A DNA stretch of 60,426 nucleotides, counting the filler, from Basidiobolus ranarum (taxonomy: Eukaryota), in assembly GCA_040143965.1 (NCBI GenBank). It is 4 parts of 4 records of this genome, joined end to end, with 100 filler letters (N's around TTAATTAATTAA, not from the genome) between each part and the next. Parts side by side here need not be neighbours in the genome. Positions count along the whole stretch, not along the records: positions 1 to 15,066 come from JASJQH010007271.1; 3 more parts are not named here. One strand, written 5' to 3'. Positions within the stretch are counted from its first letter, which is position 1, and each line of letters opens with the position of its first letter. The notes under the pieces were generated by a model. That model worked only from the letters and a program-made list of their open reading frames with translations. It did no database searches and had not been told where the DNA came from. Shown here piece by piece: positions 1 through 13,900 of the stretch. The translations under genes and the position numbers were made by a program.

Positions 1-981
1 TCACATAATAATTATTGGCGGTTATATTTTGATTAGATTGCTTTTCCTCAAACGTAATGTTGAGTTCGTTTGGTTCGGGTGCTTTTGAAGCTATTTGTAG
101 TAGGTTATTAGCTCTAGCTTAGTATAACTTACCATAGGCTTTGAAATTTTCGATAGACATTGCAATTAAGTAAAGGTAAACAAATACGAAACTCCCAAGT
201 TACAGGAAAGAAGTAAAAAGGGGATAAATTGTAGGTAGAAATATATAATGACCTCGTCATTTTCATCATAAAAAAGAAACCTTTTTCCCAATTCGAAGTA
301 ATAATTTTCAACTGTAGCAGATTTTTTTTTCACCTTGAAATTTTTAATCACAAATATTATTGAAGATCACAATCTGGATGATTTGGAGCTTCAAGTGCTA
401 TCAAGCTATCGCAATACCTCTCAATTAGCATTATTATTATCGAAAAATATTATCTATGATTTCCGGATTGATATGTAATGACAGTAGCTTAGCCTGGCTT
501 AGAATTCTTGTGCTCACCATAGAAAGGAGCGACCTCGTGGTGGTTTGATTCATATTTAAGTATATAACAATTGAAGAAAAGGGCTGCTTTATCCAGTTTG
601 AATTATTAAATCAGGCCTGCACTACCAAACCCAAATTCTGAATTTTAGTGAAGAAACTGGCAGTATAGTTCGAGTAGATGAGCTTTCTCCAAATGGAACA
701 ACCTTACCAGAAGCCGGTTATTACGGAGGATCTATGCTAATAGATTTTAAGATTACAACAGTCAATGTGTACAAGTATATCTATTGGTACTTGAATTTCC
801 AATGGTTTGTTATCAGTTTGATACATCTGTCCAAGTCTTTTGAGAGATTTACTGACACTGTATGTACCAGATGCATACTCAAATCGCCTCTTAGATCTAA
901 CATGAAAGTATTAATCCAACATGTTCATCCTAAGTTGGCTGTTTCCTGCTACTTCAAGAAATGGATCCTTCACTGTAGAGA

Positions 982-1330
982 TGTTGATGTATTTTGAGAG
1001 CCTGTTGGTAGTGATTTGGAGAACTAGAAGAATTGGTGGTTTTCACTTATTGACTTATCGAGTAGAAAGTTGACATTTATAGTTTTGTCAAGATGTAAGT
1101 AAACAAACGTGTATAATATGTTAAGGAAGGTCCTAGGGACATGTGTGCAAAGTTTGGGGCTTCTAGCACAAGTTTGAAAAATCCATATATCTGAGAACTT
1201 CTAAGTTGGTGTCAATATTCTAAGTAAATTCCGATATCGAATAATGGGTAATATCTTAGTTCAATATAGGATAACTAAATACTAAGCTATATATGACTAT
1301 ATAGGTGTTTAGGCAATGCTAATTTCAACA
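982..1330 (-). mobile_element. Copia-type LTR copy (LTR family A), solitary, no clear TSD
   Basis: ~350 bp similar to the reverse complement of 19232-19570; termini TGTTG...TTTCAACA; flanks AGAGA/TTTAA do not match. Confidence 0.8.
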
Positions 1331-2659
1331 TTTAACACTCTAAAGCTTTGTCATATTACTAGAATAATGGGGTTGCACCAGAAATAAGATTAGGAAGCTT
1401 GCGGTATTTACCCTGTAATAGTTGAGAGACATGCTCAAGCTTCTTCACCTAGAGATTCATGAAAAACAAAATTTTCTTCTAGATAAACAATGTCTATGCA
1501 GATTATCTTGAGATTTGATTTTACATTAACATTCATTCCACTTGCTACATAAGGCTACTCTTGAATGCATGAGAAAGGCTGCATTCCTTTTGAAGCATAG
1601 TTTTACAGTGAGATGTGCTCTATTGGAGAGTGAAGTAATTTATGAGGGATTTTCGTAATTCCCAATCCCGCATACCTACCTTAATATTCATTGAGCTCTC
1701 CTGCAGCCATTCTCACTACATCGATGATGTCATGATTTAGCTCCCTGGAAGTTGAAATTACCTTTTTTAGGCTTGATAATCATAATGATCCTTTTATTTG
1801 CTAATCCTAGTTTGTGCAACACAAGGATCGTATTTTCGTCTACTTGCCTATGATATGAGAACGCCCATCTATAGAGGCAGACCTACCAGGATTCCGATTG
1901 TTCATGCGGCGGGTATGCGAAGTGTGGGTCTTTTGTGTGCATTAAAGTAAATATCGAACTTGTGCCAATTCGATTAAAGCACATTCGAAGTAAAAAGGCC
2001 AATTCATCAAAGCCATATATGTAGATAAATCCATCTTCTAGAGACACAGAAGTTACCATGGATCCGGTCATTGAAAGAAAGAAAAAAGGAATCAGATAGA
2101 ACGTGAGAAAGTCCATTTTTAGTGTATTCGTATTATCGGATGTAAGGTGGTCAAATAGCTTCCTTCATACTGACGTACTACCCAAGCGCTGCCGGAAAAT
2201 TGACTTGAAATATCGGGATATCGAATGATCAAATAAAAATAATGTTTGATTTCGTGTAATTTACATAGCAGATTTATTGGATCAGTGTGATGTTAGACGC
2301 TTTGTAGACACTGCCAAATGAACCATTTGGATACATAGTTGGTTTTGTGTATATTACGATGGTGTCGTAAATAATTGCTTGTGAGTACACTTTAATATAA
2401 GACTTGGGACGAGCGGCTTTTTAATCCATATTCACGGAATAAGTTAGAATAGCAGAAGTAAAGGAAAATCATATGCTAAGTTATAGAAATTGAATCTGTT
2501 AACCGCGTTAGATCACAAGCTTTGTTGCTTACGAAAAGTGTGGTAGAGGCCAAACACTCTAAGGCTTGATTGATGCCACTTAAAATCGCGATAAAGAATA
2601 TGCATACATTTCTTGCTCACACTAATATTCATAGCTATGTAATCATATCTTGAGTGGGT

Positions 2660-3821
2660 TCAGCAGAAAAGTTTCTGATAGTTTTTTCTCAATTCCGTAT
2701 CGATTTGACGCCTCTTGGTTTTCAAATTCTTCATTTGTCTATCGAAGTCGGGTTTAACATCTTGGGTAATAAGTTCATGTTCCTGAAGGAACTCAAAGTC
2801 TATCTCAGCAAGGTCAAGTTCTCCTTGATGTAAATATGCGACACCACGTCTAAAGCGGCCTTTGAGATTGTTCTTGTCTTCTTTGATCACCTGGCTACAG
2901 TGGTAAACTACCGAATCGTAATTGTTCATCTTCAGCTCACACGCAGCAAGATTTAATCGGCACAATATGAGTAATTTCTTGACTAGCTGTACATCAACTT
3001 CTTCTGGGTTCATTATATATATAGGCATACTGTCAAGCATGGAGATGGCTCGAAAGTAGAAATCTGCTGCTTGCTTGTATTCCTTTTGTTTGTAATACAG
3101 AGTACCTTGTTCTTTAAGTTTCGGGGCCTCTTGTATTTTTTCAAGTGCATTCATCTCCCATACTTCTTTGGTGAATTCTCCAGGATATTGAACATTTAGT
3201 AATTCGATTTCAAATTCCAATGGACAGTTCACCAAATCGTTCAAGTCCTGTACACGATGGGTAAATCCGTGTGAGCAACCAGCATGAATTTGATACTCTC
3301 CATTTTCTTTTTTGGCTTGGTCTTGGTAGAGTTCGCGGTCCTCCTCAGTTCGAATGAGAGATTCCAATTGACCATAGCCCTAAGATAAGTGGTAATACAA
3401 GTTAACTCAGTATATAAGAGTCTTGAAAAGGGAGAAGGCACTAGTAGATATCACTTACTGTACAGTATTGTGGGGTCATCCAGAATTTTGATCGTTCCCC
3501 AAGTTTCATGGATGCAACAGCAAGCTCCATACCTTTAACAGCAAATTGTTTACCAATTCTCAAATCATATGTTTTACCTCCCAAGTCGAGTTTTGTGTCT
3601 CTAACGAATTTTCGTGTTAAAACATGATCTTTACGATTTTTTACTCCTTCAGTATTATCTTTTTCTAATTCCTTCCAATTGATTGGTTGTCTCCTGTCCA
3701 GAGCATGTACGGAGAAATGAATAGTGGCTTTGGTGCCAACTGGCCAACTAGGGTCAGTAAGGGGAGAGCCTGCAATCAAAAGAAGTTTTACAACTCCGCC
3801 ATCAGGGGTTACTTGCTCCAT
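2660..3821 (-). CDS. AIP/AIPL1-like FKBP-type domain plus TPR co-chaperone (2 exons: 3821-3459, 3379-2660)
   Basis: N-terminal FKBP-like fold (DGGVVKLLLIAG...ATIHF...IGKQFAVKGMELAVASMKLGERSKF), linker PLEFEIELLNVQYPGEFTKEVWEM, three TPRs (LKEQGTLYY; LNLAACELK; KGRFRRGVAYL); GT-AG intron 3380-3458 joins the two ORFs in frame. Confidence 0.85.
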
Positions 3822-4136
3822 TTTTTTGCGCAAAATCAACACAAGTGAATTATGGTAAATATAATAGGAATTGAATTTCTAACGATTATAGGTGAAAGAG
3901 AAGTGCTTTGAACCTCGAAAATAGTTTATCTCGTTAGAAAGAAGGAATGTCGAACGACTAGTTTTTATACTAATAAAAATTTACCAATCAAGAGTAATTT
4001 AAGGGGGAGGGGCAGTAACAGAAACGGAATGGGGTTTTTGTGTCCAACCAGTCAGTGCTTTAAATGAATGAGAATAATATAATAATGAAGTAATGTATTG
4101 GTTTTACACTATTATGAGGATGTATGAGTTCAACAC

Positions 4137-5250
4137 CTATTTAACTATTTCTGGGTAGAGCATCACATCTATGTAGCTACAACATTTTATATGAGAATCC
4201 GTTTCTCTCCCTTGATCAGAATATTGATGAGGAGACTTCAACTTGAACTGTTCCAGAATTGATGGAGCACAGAGGTTTTGGAAACCGAGTGAATCCACAC
4301 GTAAGTAGATATCTCCTTTAACGCTATCTGGGAATAAGTGTTATACAGCATCAGTATATCTTAGAGCGATAGGCCATTTATATTACTGGACATGGCTTAA
4401 GCCTGTTTAATCCATGAACTTCACCATCCGGGGTTAATATGGAGTGCACTGATGGCCAAAACTCTACCAATCCATTTAACAGCCTCACACAGATGGTCTT
4501 GGGGGAAGAAGCATTCCATGGAAAGTACTCCGACGGCTTTCTAGAGTTCCGGAACTCTTTATTCTATATTTCTACATTAATGGTGATAAAAGCCAGGTGC
4601 TTGTAAAGCCTCCTTACCTCAAAATATGAGAGTTTCCAGCACATACGGTCTATAGAGACTTTCAAGTACCTTTCATATCATCCTATTTCATTACTGAATG
4701 GGGAAACCAAAGCTGGTCTGTTACGTATGGGCGTAAGTCATACCTGTGAGACACTGATTATCAGGATCAAGTGAAGCACACAGTTTCCAGCCATACCTTT
4801 TCAATATATTGGCCTCGAGTATAAGACTCTGGTTGGCCTTATCGAGGCTTTAGGGCGCAGTGGCAGTTCGTTAATTCCGACACAGGTTCACTTAGAGCTT
4901 CTTATTCAAAAGAGCCAGGTTTGACATGTATCCATATCTATACCTGATCTCATATTAGCTACGGAATGGGGTTGTAAAAACCACAGCATCTCTCTGCTTC
5001 TCTTGCTGCATACATATGATATACATGCCATATGTACATATCTCATCAGACTGCATATTGCAGCTTCTGGCCCGTGTTTTACCAAAGGATATGTCTTAAG
5101 CACATAAGCTGGAGTTAGAATTTAGTAACGTTATTGGCAATGATTTGTAGTATGCGCTTCAAATACGTATTGGCTATGCATTTAACTAAATCTGGTTTAA
5201 TGTCTGACTTTGTTTAAATACTAAGCAACTCATTACCTATATATACGTAT
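4137..5250 (-). other. Putative multi-exon orphan gene or pseudogene
   Basis: Series of canonical minus-strand donors (GTATGG, GTAATG, GTAAGG, GTAATA) and YAG acceptors that splice into an open peptide (LDKANQSLILEANILKRYDLRPYVTDQLWFPHSTVCAGNSHILRKPSEYFPW); 5' part could not be reconstructed and no family was recognised. Confidence 0.35.
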
Positions 5251-5624
5251 ACACATTATCTTCAATGTGGGAGCAAGGATCATCTTAGTAGAAACTATTG
5301 AGTTTTGCCCTCTTTTACTCACTAGACAAACAGCTATTTTGTATATGCTGATCAAGTAAGCCTTGAGGGTAAATGCCAGATATTAGTTGAATTAGTCTAT
5401 GATTTTTATGATGATAATGATACTTTCAAATTGAGATCAACTGCCGCAGGATTGAATCCGCAATTCGATTTTTCCCAACAAATCTTATTGTTGATATTGA
5501 TGATGATTGCCTGGTTCTCATAACAAAGAAGTCACTGGTTTTAACACAAAACAATTCCTGTTAAGAGTCATTCCGCTTTTCTTCTGACCTCGTGAGTAAA
5601 ATATCACAATACTCTGTTCCCTAA

Positions 5625-7081
5625 ATGGAAAACATAAATAACCCCGAAGTTATACCGAGTGGCAATATAGTCGAGAAAAAAGCTACTAATGAAGAAAACA
5701 AAAATTTTGGTGTAATCAGTCCTAAGCCTAAACGGACACAAACATTAGACGCTTTCTTCACCAGAACCCCCGTTAAGAAAAGAAAGGTATCAGAAGACAT
5801 GGAAAGTCCGGCCAAAAAGCTACAGAGCCTAAATGACACAGAGCCTGAGCCTACTTCAGAAGCTAAGCTTGCAGTTGAAAAAACTACAGGCACTACACAA
5901 TCTACTTTGGCTCCAGTGGTGACCGGTCCCGTAGATCCTCTTTTTGCATTGGAATATGAATCTATGGATCCTACCTGGCTGCAAGCTTTGAAAGCCGAAT
6001 TTACTAAGCCTTACTTTAAACAAGTACGGTGTTTCTTTCGAGTGTATTTATTTTAGCAAATTCTAACTTTTGTTATTAATTATTTCACACAGCTTAAAAC
6101 CTTTTTGGAAGCTGAACAGAAAGGCTCCAAAATTTTCCCACCTGGTACAACTATTCAACAGTTTTTCTCTATCCTTTAAAAAGATACTAAGTTACTACAT
6201 AATATACCTATATAGCGGAGGACATTTATAGTTGGTCTAGATTCACACCACTCTCCAAAGTCAAAGTTGTCATTCTAGGACAAGGTAAGGAAATATGTAT
6301 TTGGAGTGTATATATTGAATTTTCTCATTGACCAATATTTACATTCTTAGACCCTTACCACGGTACTGGTCAGGCTCACGGTTTGTACAGACATGTTTTA
6401 TCATGACCATTGTATGTAGTTCCTTATACAATCTTAGGATTGGCTTTTAGTGTCAAAAAAGGTGTCGGAGCTCCACCCTCTTTGGTAAATATATACAAGA
6501 CACTTCAGCAGGATATACCCGGCTTTACCCCACCAAATCATGGGTAAAGTACTCGTTTTCTAGATTTTTTAAATTGTGTTTGTTGTATATTTATCGACAT
6601 TTCGCAGATATCTTGCAGGCTGGGCCAAACAAGGGGTACTCATGCTAAATGCAGCCTTAACAGTTAGGGCACATCAGGCGAATTCTCATGCTGGTAAAGG
6701 ATGGGAAGAGTTTACAGGTAGAATAGTAACAATGTGGTTTATTCTGTTTTGGATGATGTGCTAACTAACATTGATATAGATGCCGTTATACAGTACCTAA
6801 ATCAGAACAAAGAAGGCCTTGTATTTATGCTCTGGGGATCATACGCCCAAAAGAAAGGCAAAGGGATTAACCAGGTGAATATTACATTTACTTCGTTACT
6901 ATTCTGATTTCATATTCATCTATTTTTTCAATAGAAAAAGCATTTAGTATTAAAGTCCGTGCATCCTTCACCTCTTTCCGCACATAGAGGATTTTTCTCA
7001 TGCCAACATTTCTCTAAAGCCAATAAGTATTTGAAGGACCATAGCAAGAAACCTATCGCGTGGGAGACCTTCGATGAATGA
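5625..7081 (+). CDS. UNG1: Uracil-DNA glycosylase, family 1 (multi-exon)
   Basis: Spliced catalytic motifs [47 protein letters not shown]-terminal PIP-box-like QTLDAFF; stop TGA 7079-7081. Confidence 0.96.
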
Positions 7082-7666
7082 TAGAGTATTTGTCCTCCAG
7101 TACCGTTACATGTTTGCTTGCCCAGTTACCTTGATCCTTTGTAGATAGTTCGAGTAGCTAATTTGACATTCTCTAGCAAATATGTCAGTAAAGAGTGAAG
7201 TTGGCAGAGTAGTATGATTGAGTATACAGATACAATATTTATCACGAATGGTTGGACTCCTGGAACCTCATCTCTTTAGTAGTATCTACAGCCCGCCTTT
7301 CATAGTGATTACAATAAATAAGAAAAACTATTTCATTTAATCACTTTCTTGGCTAAAACTTTCCTGGTTGAAAAACATTAGGATTACCTCTACTTGTATC
7401 AGCTCAAATCTACCATACTGAATATCAGGCAAGTAAATCAAATTTATTTGCAATTGCTAAGAGAGAGTTTAAAGTAAAATAGTGCTAGCTTGTAGGATTA
7501 CAAGAATCTTGCTCGTAATGATTGCAATTAGCAATATGTACTTCTCACTAGGTTTACCAAAATCATGGCCACAAACAGACAGTGGATATCAAATTACCGT
7601 ACATACTTTAAATTCGGATAAATATTTCTACGCGAGGTTCAGAATCAATATCACTGTTTTAGCGTT

Positions 7667-7750
7667 GAATAAATTGACAAGCGGTCTATTGGTAAGTTTT
7701 ACCAAGATGAATAAATTGACAAGCGGTCTATTGATAAGTTTTACGAAGAT
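7667..7750. repeat. Tandem duplication, 2 x 42 bp
   Basis: GAATAAATTGACAAGCGGTCTATTG(G/A)TAAGTTTTAC(C/G)AAGAT repeated twice. Confidence 0.9.
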
Positions 7751-7843
7751 GAAGGCTTGCGGAATAACACGCTGAGAATGATAGTCTAAAGTATCATTGG
7801 TCGTATAATCTTAGGCAGAATGAATGAAACGATTATATCACTC
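7737..7843 (+). repeat. Dispersed repeat, near-identical inverted copy at 14960-15066
   Basis: AGTTTTACGAAGATGAAGGCTTGCGGAATAACACGCTGAGAATGATAGTCTAAAGTATC...GATTATATCACTC is the reverse complement of the last 107 bp of contig 1 with few mismatches. Confidence 0.9.
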
Positions 7844-9235
7844 TTTATTTCCATCTAGCAAAGCCTCAGTTGTAACAAGTTGCCATCAAGCATGAGTAAT
7901 GCCAAGTTATTCCAACTCTACTGTAACTGTTAAAATACCGTTCCCTGATGGTGAACGATCTTGATATGACCAACAAATCTTGAATTTTATATTTTTTCAG
8001 AAGGGGCGCTGATAGATCAGAAATCACTTACTACCCAGAATGACTGTTAAAATACCCAAATGTTTCTATGCTAAGCCACACAAGTTAAGCTAAGAGCGGT
8101 TCATAGCATAAAGTAAGGTCCGGAAATCCCATTTATCACTTTGTCGCAATGACTTATAGCTTCAGTACAGCTCAGACACACACCTAGGGCTTCTAAAAGT
8201 AAGTATTGAAACATGTCTCATAAAGAAGGAAACAAATAAATGGGCGGAAATAGCAATGCAAGTGAATGTAGATATATCCGTTAATTCATTTCTTAATACA
8301 GCACATCCAATAAATAAACGTGATTGATGATTGCTTAATGAGTGCTGATTTAATTACATATGCGACATGCAAGTCCACCGACCTTTTGAGTGTATTTATG
8401 GGATTGGATACTTCCTACAATCTAGGAGGTACAAACTCGGCCACAACAGGAGCGGGTTCACAGGACTGAAAAAGTCCATCCAATATTGAATCTGGTCTCC
8501 CTGAACTCTACACTGTGCAAAAGGGATTGGGTGATAGAGTGTGATCAAAGTCTGATCTAATGTCTGCATCATTGCCACTTTGAAATCTGTTATATATAAA
8601 TTTTTTGCATGGCCATATTATGGAACTAACTTCAAACTTCTGTATTAAATACCATAGGTTGAACGCTATCTGTTTGTTGAGGACCTTTGAATGCACAATC
8701 GTATACTACTTTAACGTCGAGTTTGTAAGTTTCTTTATTGATTTCTAAATTTTATCCAAGCAAGATGTTTTTTACGGAGCTTCATTATCGATTTTATAAG
8801 CATTATTGTTTGTTTCTTCATGCCAATTTTAATGGTCTTTACTAAATTTCCTGACGTTTTTCCTTTTCTTCTTATACTTGGGCTTTAGCACATATATTTA
8901 GCCTTCAACACTTAATCGTTTTTCCTTACTGTACGCTTTTCAATTAGCAAAAGGTTTTTACAGTAATTCTCTTGTAGCTAAATACTCGGCTTGTTTGATC
9001 TCAACAACAAAGCACTGCTTTAGTTTTTCTAGTGTTGAGCACTTTACTACTTTATTGGTTTGCAACTTTCGCTTTGTTTGGCTTTATCTCTAGTACGTTT
9101 ATTTAACTTTTGACTTTTTTTCCGGATTTATCCGATAACTGATCTTACGATGGTTTGATATACTTATTCTTCTTTTCAAAAATATCCCCTTCTTGCTACA
9201 GACACTCGGCGTTCTTCTTTCACCATATTCTCGTC

Positions 9236-10916
9236 ATGAAAAGAAGCAGCGATTACGGAAATCACGCCCAGGATTCCACAAAAAAGGCCCGTTTTAGCCA
9301 AAATTATAGTTACCCCCCACTTCCTGGTGAAGCATCTCCTAGTCTAGGTCTTCCTGTCGGTTCTGCTGGCGATCTTTATAGTCAATATTCCATGAGTCAC
9401 CCCATGATGATACCTCAACAATATCCGCAAAGTATGTCTCAATACCCTGGAATGGGACAATACAGCAATCTCTCTCAACTTCAAGGTAGTGGTGCATATT
9501 CAGCGATTGGCCAATATCCTGGTTCACAAGGTAAATTACTTTCGATAAATCTAATTCAATAATGGACCTCATCGCTAAAAATCATTTATTCCATCAGGTA
9601 GAACCATATACATTGGGAATCTTCCATCTGATACACCTGTTGACGAAGTACTAAATCAAGTTAAAGGAGGACCAATCGAAAATATCAAAGTTCTACCGGA
9701 AAAAAATTGTATCTTCATCTCATTCTTGGATGGTACTAGTGCTGCGACATTTTACCATGAAGCTAGTACCCGGAAACTCTCGATAAAAGGTCAAGATCTC
9801 AAAGTTGGATGGGGCAAGCCTTCTCAAATTCCTACTAGTGTCCTTGTTGCTGTTCAATCAGGTGCTAGTCGAAACGTTTATCTGGGAAGTCTGGAAGACT
9901 CTATGACTGAGGAGCAGATCCGCGAGGAACTTTCTGTCTTCGGCCAAATCGATACCATTAAGATTATAAGAGAGAAGAACATTGGTTTTGTTCATTTCTT
10001 GTCAGTTTCCAATGCAGTCAAATGTGTTTCTACTCTACAAACTGATCCACAATGGGCTGGAAAACGAGTCAATTACGGCAAAGATAGATGCGCACAAACT
10101 CCCAAATCATTTCAAAACTCCGGCTACCTTGCCGGCGCTGGTATGGGATATCCAGGGTTTCCAAGTGCTGGTGGGTTTGGTGTAATGGGTTTCGATCCAT
10201 ATTCAGCCAATGTCATGGGTTCTGATCCTAGTGGTCAGGCTGGGTATTTTGCATCTGGATATGGCGCTATGAACCCTGCTGGTAATCGCACTATTTACCT
10301 GGGCAACATCCACCCTGAAACTACCTGTGAGGATATATGCAACGTTGTTCGAGGCGGTATCCTTCACCAGATTCGATTCATGACCGATAAGCATATTGCT
10401 TTTATCAGCTTTATTGATGCTAATGCTGCTATGAATTTCTTCAATCTGGCGAGCTACAGTGGTATTGTCGTCAAGAATCGTCGTCTCAAAATTGGATGGG
10501 GAAAAAGTAATCCACTACCTCCTGCAGTTGCTATGGCGGTACAATCTGGAGCAACTCGAAACGTATACATCGGAAATATTGATGATGCCATCGACGAAGA
10601 GAAACTCAAGCAAGATTTTTCAGTATTTGGAGAAATCGAACTAGTAAACATGTTGAAGGATAAGAATTGCGCTTTTGTTAATTTTACCAATATCTTGTCA
10701 GCAGTGAAAGCAATTGATGGCATTAAATCGAACCCAGAGTACAGCAATTTCCGTATTAACTATGGTAAAGATCGTTGCGGCAACCCTCCTAGACCACCGA
10801 AGAATTCCTCAGAAGGGGACGCATCTGGTGGATTACCACAGGGAAATGGAGAGGCCTATATGGGGGGATCTGCACTTTACGAAGGCATGGCTAATGGTGT
10901 CTCTAGAGGAGTGTAA
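9236..10916 (+). CDS. Four-RRM RNA-binding protein, S. pombe Nrd1(Msa2)/S. cerevisiae Mrn1 family (intron 9531-9597)
   Basis: Two tandem RRM pairs (RTIYIGN...CIFISF; RNVYLG...IGFVHF; RTIYLGN...IAFISF; RNVYIGN...CAFVNF) with family motifs KVGWGK/KIGWGK and NYGKDRC repeated twice; Q/Y/P/S-rich N-terminus. Confidence 0.9.
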
Positions 10917-13900
10917 TCTTCTTTGATTATCAGTGTTTACTACGCTCAACTTGATCCGCTACATATCTTCAAATCATACTTTAACCTTCCTTACTCAGCA
11001 ACAAGCCTTAAGCTATTTATTTGTTTTATCGTTTACATTGTTGGCTTCTAGTAAATACTTTTTTAACGCCATCCCTAACCTTTATTCAATAATTCGTCAT
11101 GTTGTATTGTAGAGTTGGCATACTATTGTTTGCTACACTTCGTTCTGCTCTAGTAAACAGGAAATCCATACAACCCGAATGTGTGTTGGTACTTTTCATA
11201 TACGCATGTACTGACTCGCAGCATGTATAGTTTCCAGATTTTGTTTTCATTCATTGGCATACCATCAAACTCAAAGATATACACATAAATGTCGTGGCAG
11301 AAGTTTGATGCAAGAGTGTATTTTTCCAATAATTTTGAACTTACGTATTAGCGCGGAAGTGAATTCATTTCCCGCCAAGTATTTCTGAGCAATTTCCGAT
11401 ATGTTGTAAAATATAACATGAATATTAGACTATGTATGAAGAGAAAGCCTAGATGGTAATGGTACTACATCCAGAATGGATTAAATTGAGCATTTAATAC
11501 TAAAGAGATTTACGATAGGTTAAGGAAAAACACAAAATGTGAGTACTATTTATTTACACATGCTTAGCCCTAACTGTACTCATAATATCCTCATTGTATA
11601 TGAAAATTATTCACGATTTGTAAGAAAACATTGTAGACAAATTATGGAGTTGTGCTCCCAATATTTGTGGGAGTAAACCAAACGGACTTGAACTACTTCA
11701 ATTTATACCATGGGAACTTTAAGATATTGAAAATACTTCCCAGATTTTCTTTTGAGTTTGATATATGAATTATAAGAATATAAAAAAATAGAACTAAGCC
11801 TAAGGCAAATAGATATCTTTTAGGGTTTGATATGACATTTAAAATATATTAAGCATTATTGAAGAGAGAAGTGGATACAGATAAAATAGGATCTTCGGAA
11901 TGTGAGAGTAAATATGTCTTGACATGAGTTGCATACCATGAGAGCACTGACTTCATATATTGATTCCTATCGTGTACAATAGTGAAGGTCTCTGCGAGGG
12001 ACCATGTGCTTAGAAATTTCTTAACTGTAAGAGAAAAATTGTAGGAGTGTATAATCCACAATATGAACTTTAGTATTTTAAGCTCTATTGTTAAGCATAT
12101 TATATATACGCGAACAATATAATAATGTACTTTATCTATAAGCTGTTATAACGTAAGCTCGAGACTTTCACCAGCACATTTACCGGAATATTATGTAAAT
12201 TTATTGGCAAGTAATCCAACCATGAATCATTTTACCTCAGATCTAGTGCACAATAGGAAAATATTGATTTACTCTCTGCTAGATTCTACAAAACTGGTAA
12301 CCTTGTGGTATTTATTAAAGGAAATGAACAGCAGATTTCTTTAAGCACCACACATCTTGAGTAGATGGCTTGTCATTTATTACTAATCCATGCACTAATG
12401 TCAATCACACCTTGTAGAGCGTCAATTCTCTATGAACAAATCAAAATGTAAGTATGGACTCATCGTACCCGTCAAAAAACACATTTACCCAAACAGATCC
12501 GTATTTATTTGCCCTTGTACCCTTATCATACCACACACGGCTATCCACACACCCCACAACCTAGGAAATCCTAATGAACTGCAAACAAGCGATCAGAATA
12601 CTCTTTTGGTGGCACAATTTGACTTCCAGATGTGCTTTGTAGAAATCACCTAGAGGCTTAAAGCTCACGGTACTCTCCGGAATGGGCTGAACTCATTTTT
12701 CTTACTCAAGCCAGCATCATCCCAGATCTTATCTCAACTATTAATAGCTCCTAAAACACCTTTTGAAAGCATCAGACTATATTACCTTAATATGATTTAG
12801 TCGTATAGTATAGTACTGGGTTATCAGGCATTTTGAAGAGCATCAGATTCTGCTCAAAGTAAGTAAGCAACACATCTTTAAGTGCTTCTCGACGAATTTT
12901 CTTCAGCAGCTAGGTGCCATATTGGTACTGGTCTGAAAGCATACTTTCAGTTCGCATTACAAAGCGAGATGAGTATTATTCGCACTTACTCATCACGAGT
13001 GGCAAAGTCAATTAATACAAGATAAGACTTTACGGTCTTGGCTCATTCCTCAAGATTTGGCTTACTATCAAATCCAATTGCGGAAGGATCTCCACCAGAT
13101 GTCACTTACGATGGCAAAGTCTGGCTAGAGCATAATTGGTATTGACATTTAGCTCTATAACATCGCTTATCTGACACTAGAGTATCTTTAACTTTATGAA
13201 CAGTATCATTTTTAGCGTTATAAGTTCTTGACTATGCATTAACGATCTAATGCTAGTGAAGGTTATGGCATGTATCAGGTGTTCTTAAAGTTGCTATTAA
13301 TATTAGAATTTGTACATACGCGATCTCAGCGGAGGTGATGGCGGGTTAAGTAGAACCTTTTCGATGATCTTTACTGTAAAAGAGATTTAAATGTGAAATA
13401 TGGTGTGGCATTTGCATAACCTACCTTGGTAAAAGACCAAGCCACCGTAGAATTCTCTTTCGTATTGATGATATTAAAGTTATTGGTAATCGTGAATGCC
13501 AAAATACTTATTAGGTGTGACATCCTTAGAGCCACTATGTCATATCCGCCAAGAGAATTCTCCGAGTATCCAAATAGGGCAATATCTCAAAGCCATCACT
13601 ACTTGCCAAATTATCTATAACTGCAGGCCATTCGGGTTTAACCAAATAACAAAAAGCCTATATTCTCAAGATGAAATTGATGAGTTTGGGGCACTTCTGA
13701 ACGCAGCGCCTTAGACCACTCGGCAAATCGGAATATTGGACAAAAAGTGAAGGCATTTTTGGAGACAAAATAATGTCCCAATCATCAAAATCATTCTCGA
13801 CTTTCACCAAATTCCATAGTACCCTTCCTAAACAACCTACAATCAACAAAGTAAATATTCAAACGCTCATATCTCAAGAGCCGCCTGGCAAAATATGACT

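Noticed and set aside
5500-5587. Possible box C/D snoRNA (ATGATGA...CTGA)
   Set aside because: No terminal stem or recognisable rRNA guide; lies ~40 bp upstream of the UNG1 ATG, likely promoter/5' UTR
7667-7750. Short direct repeats (also 22399-22478, 50055-50260) as CRISPR-like arrays
   Set aside because: Only two abutting units with no unique spacers, in eukaryotic context
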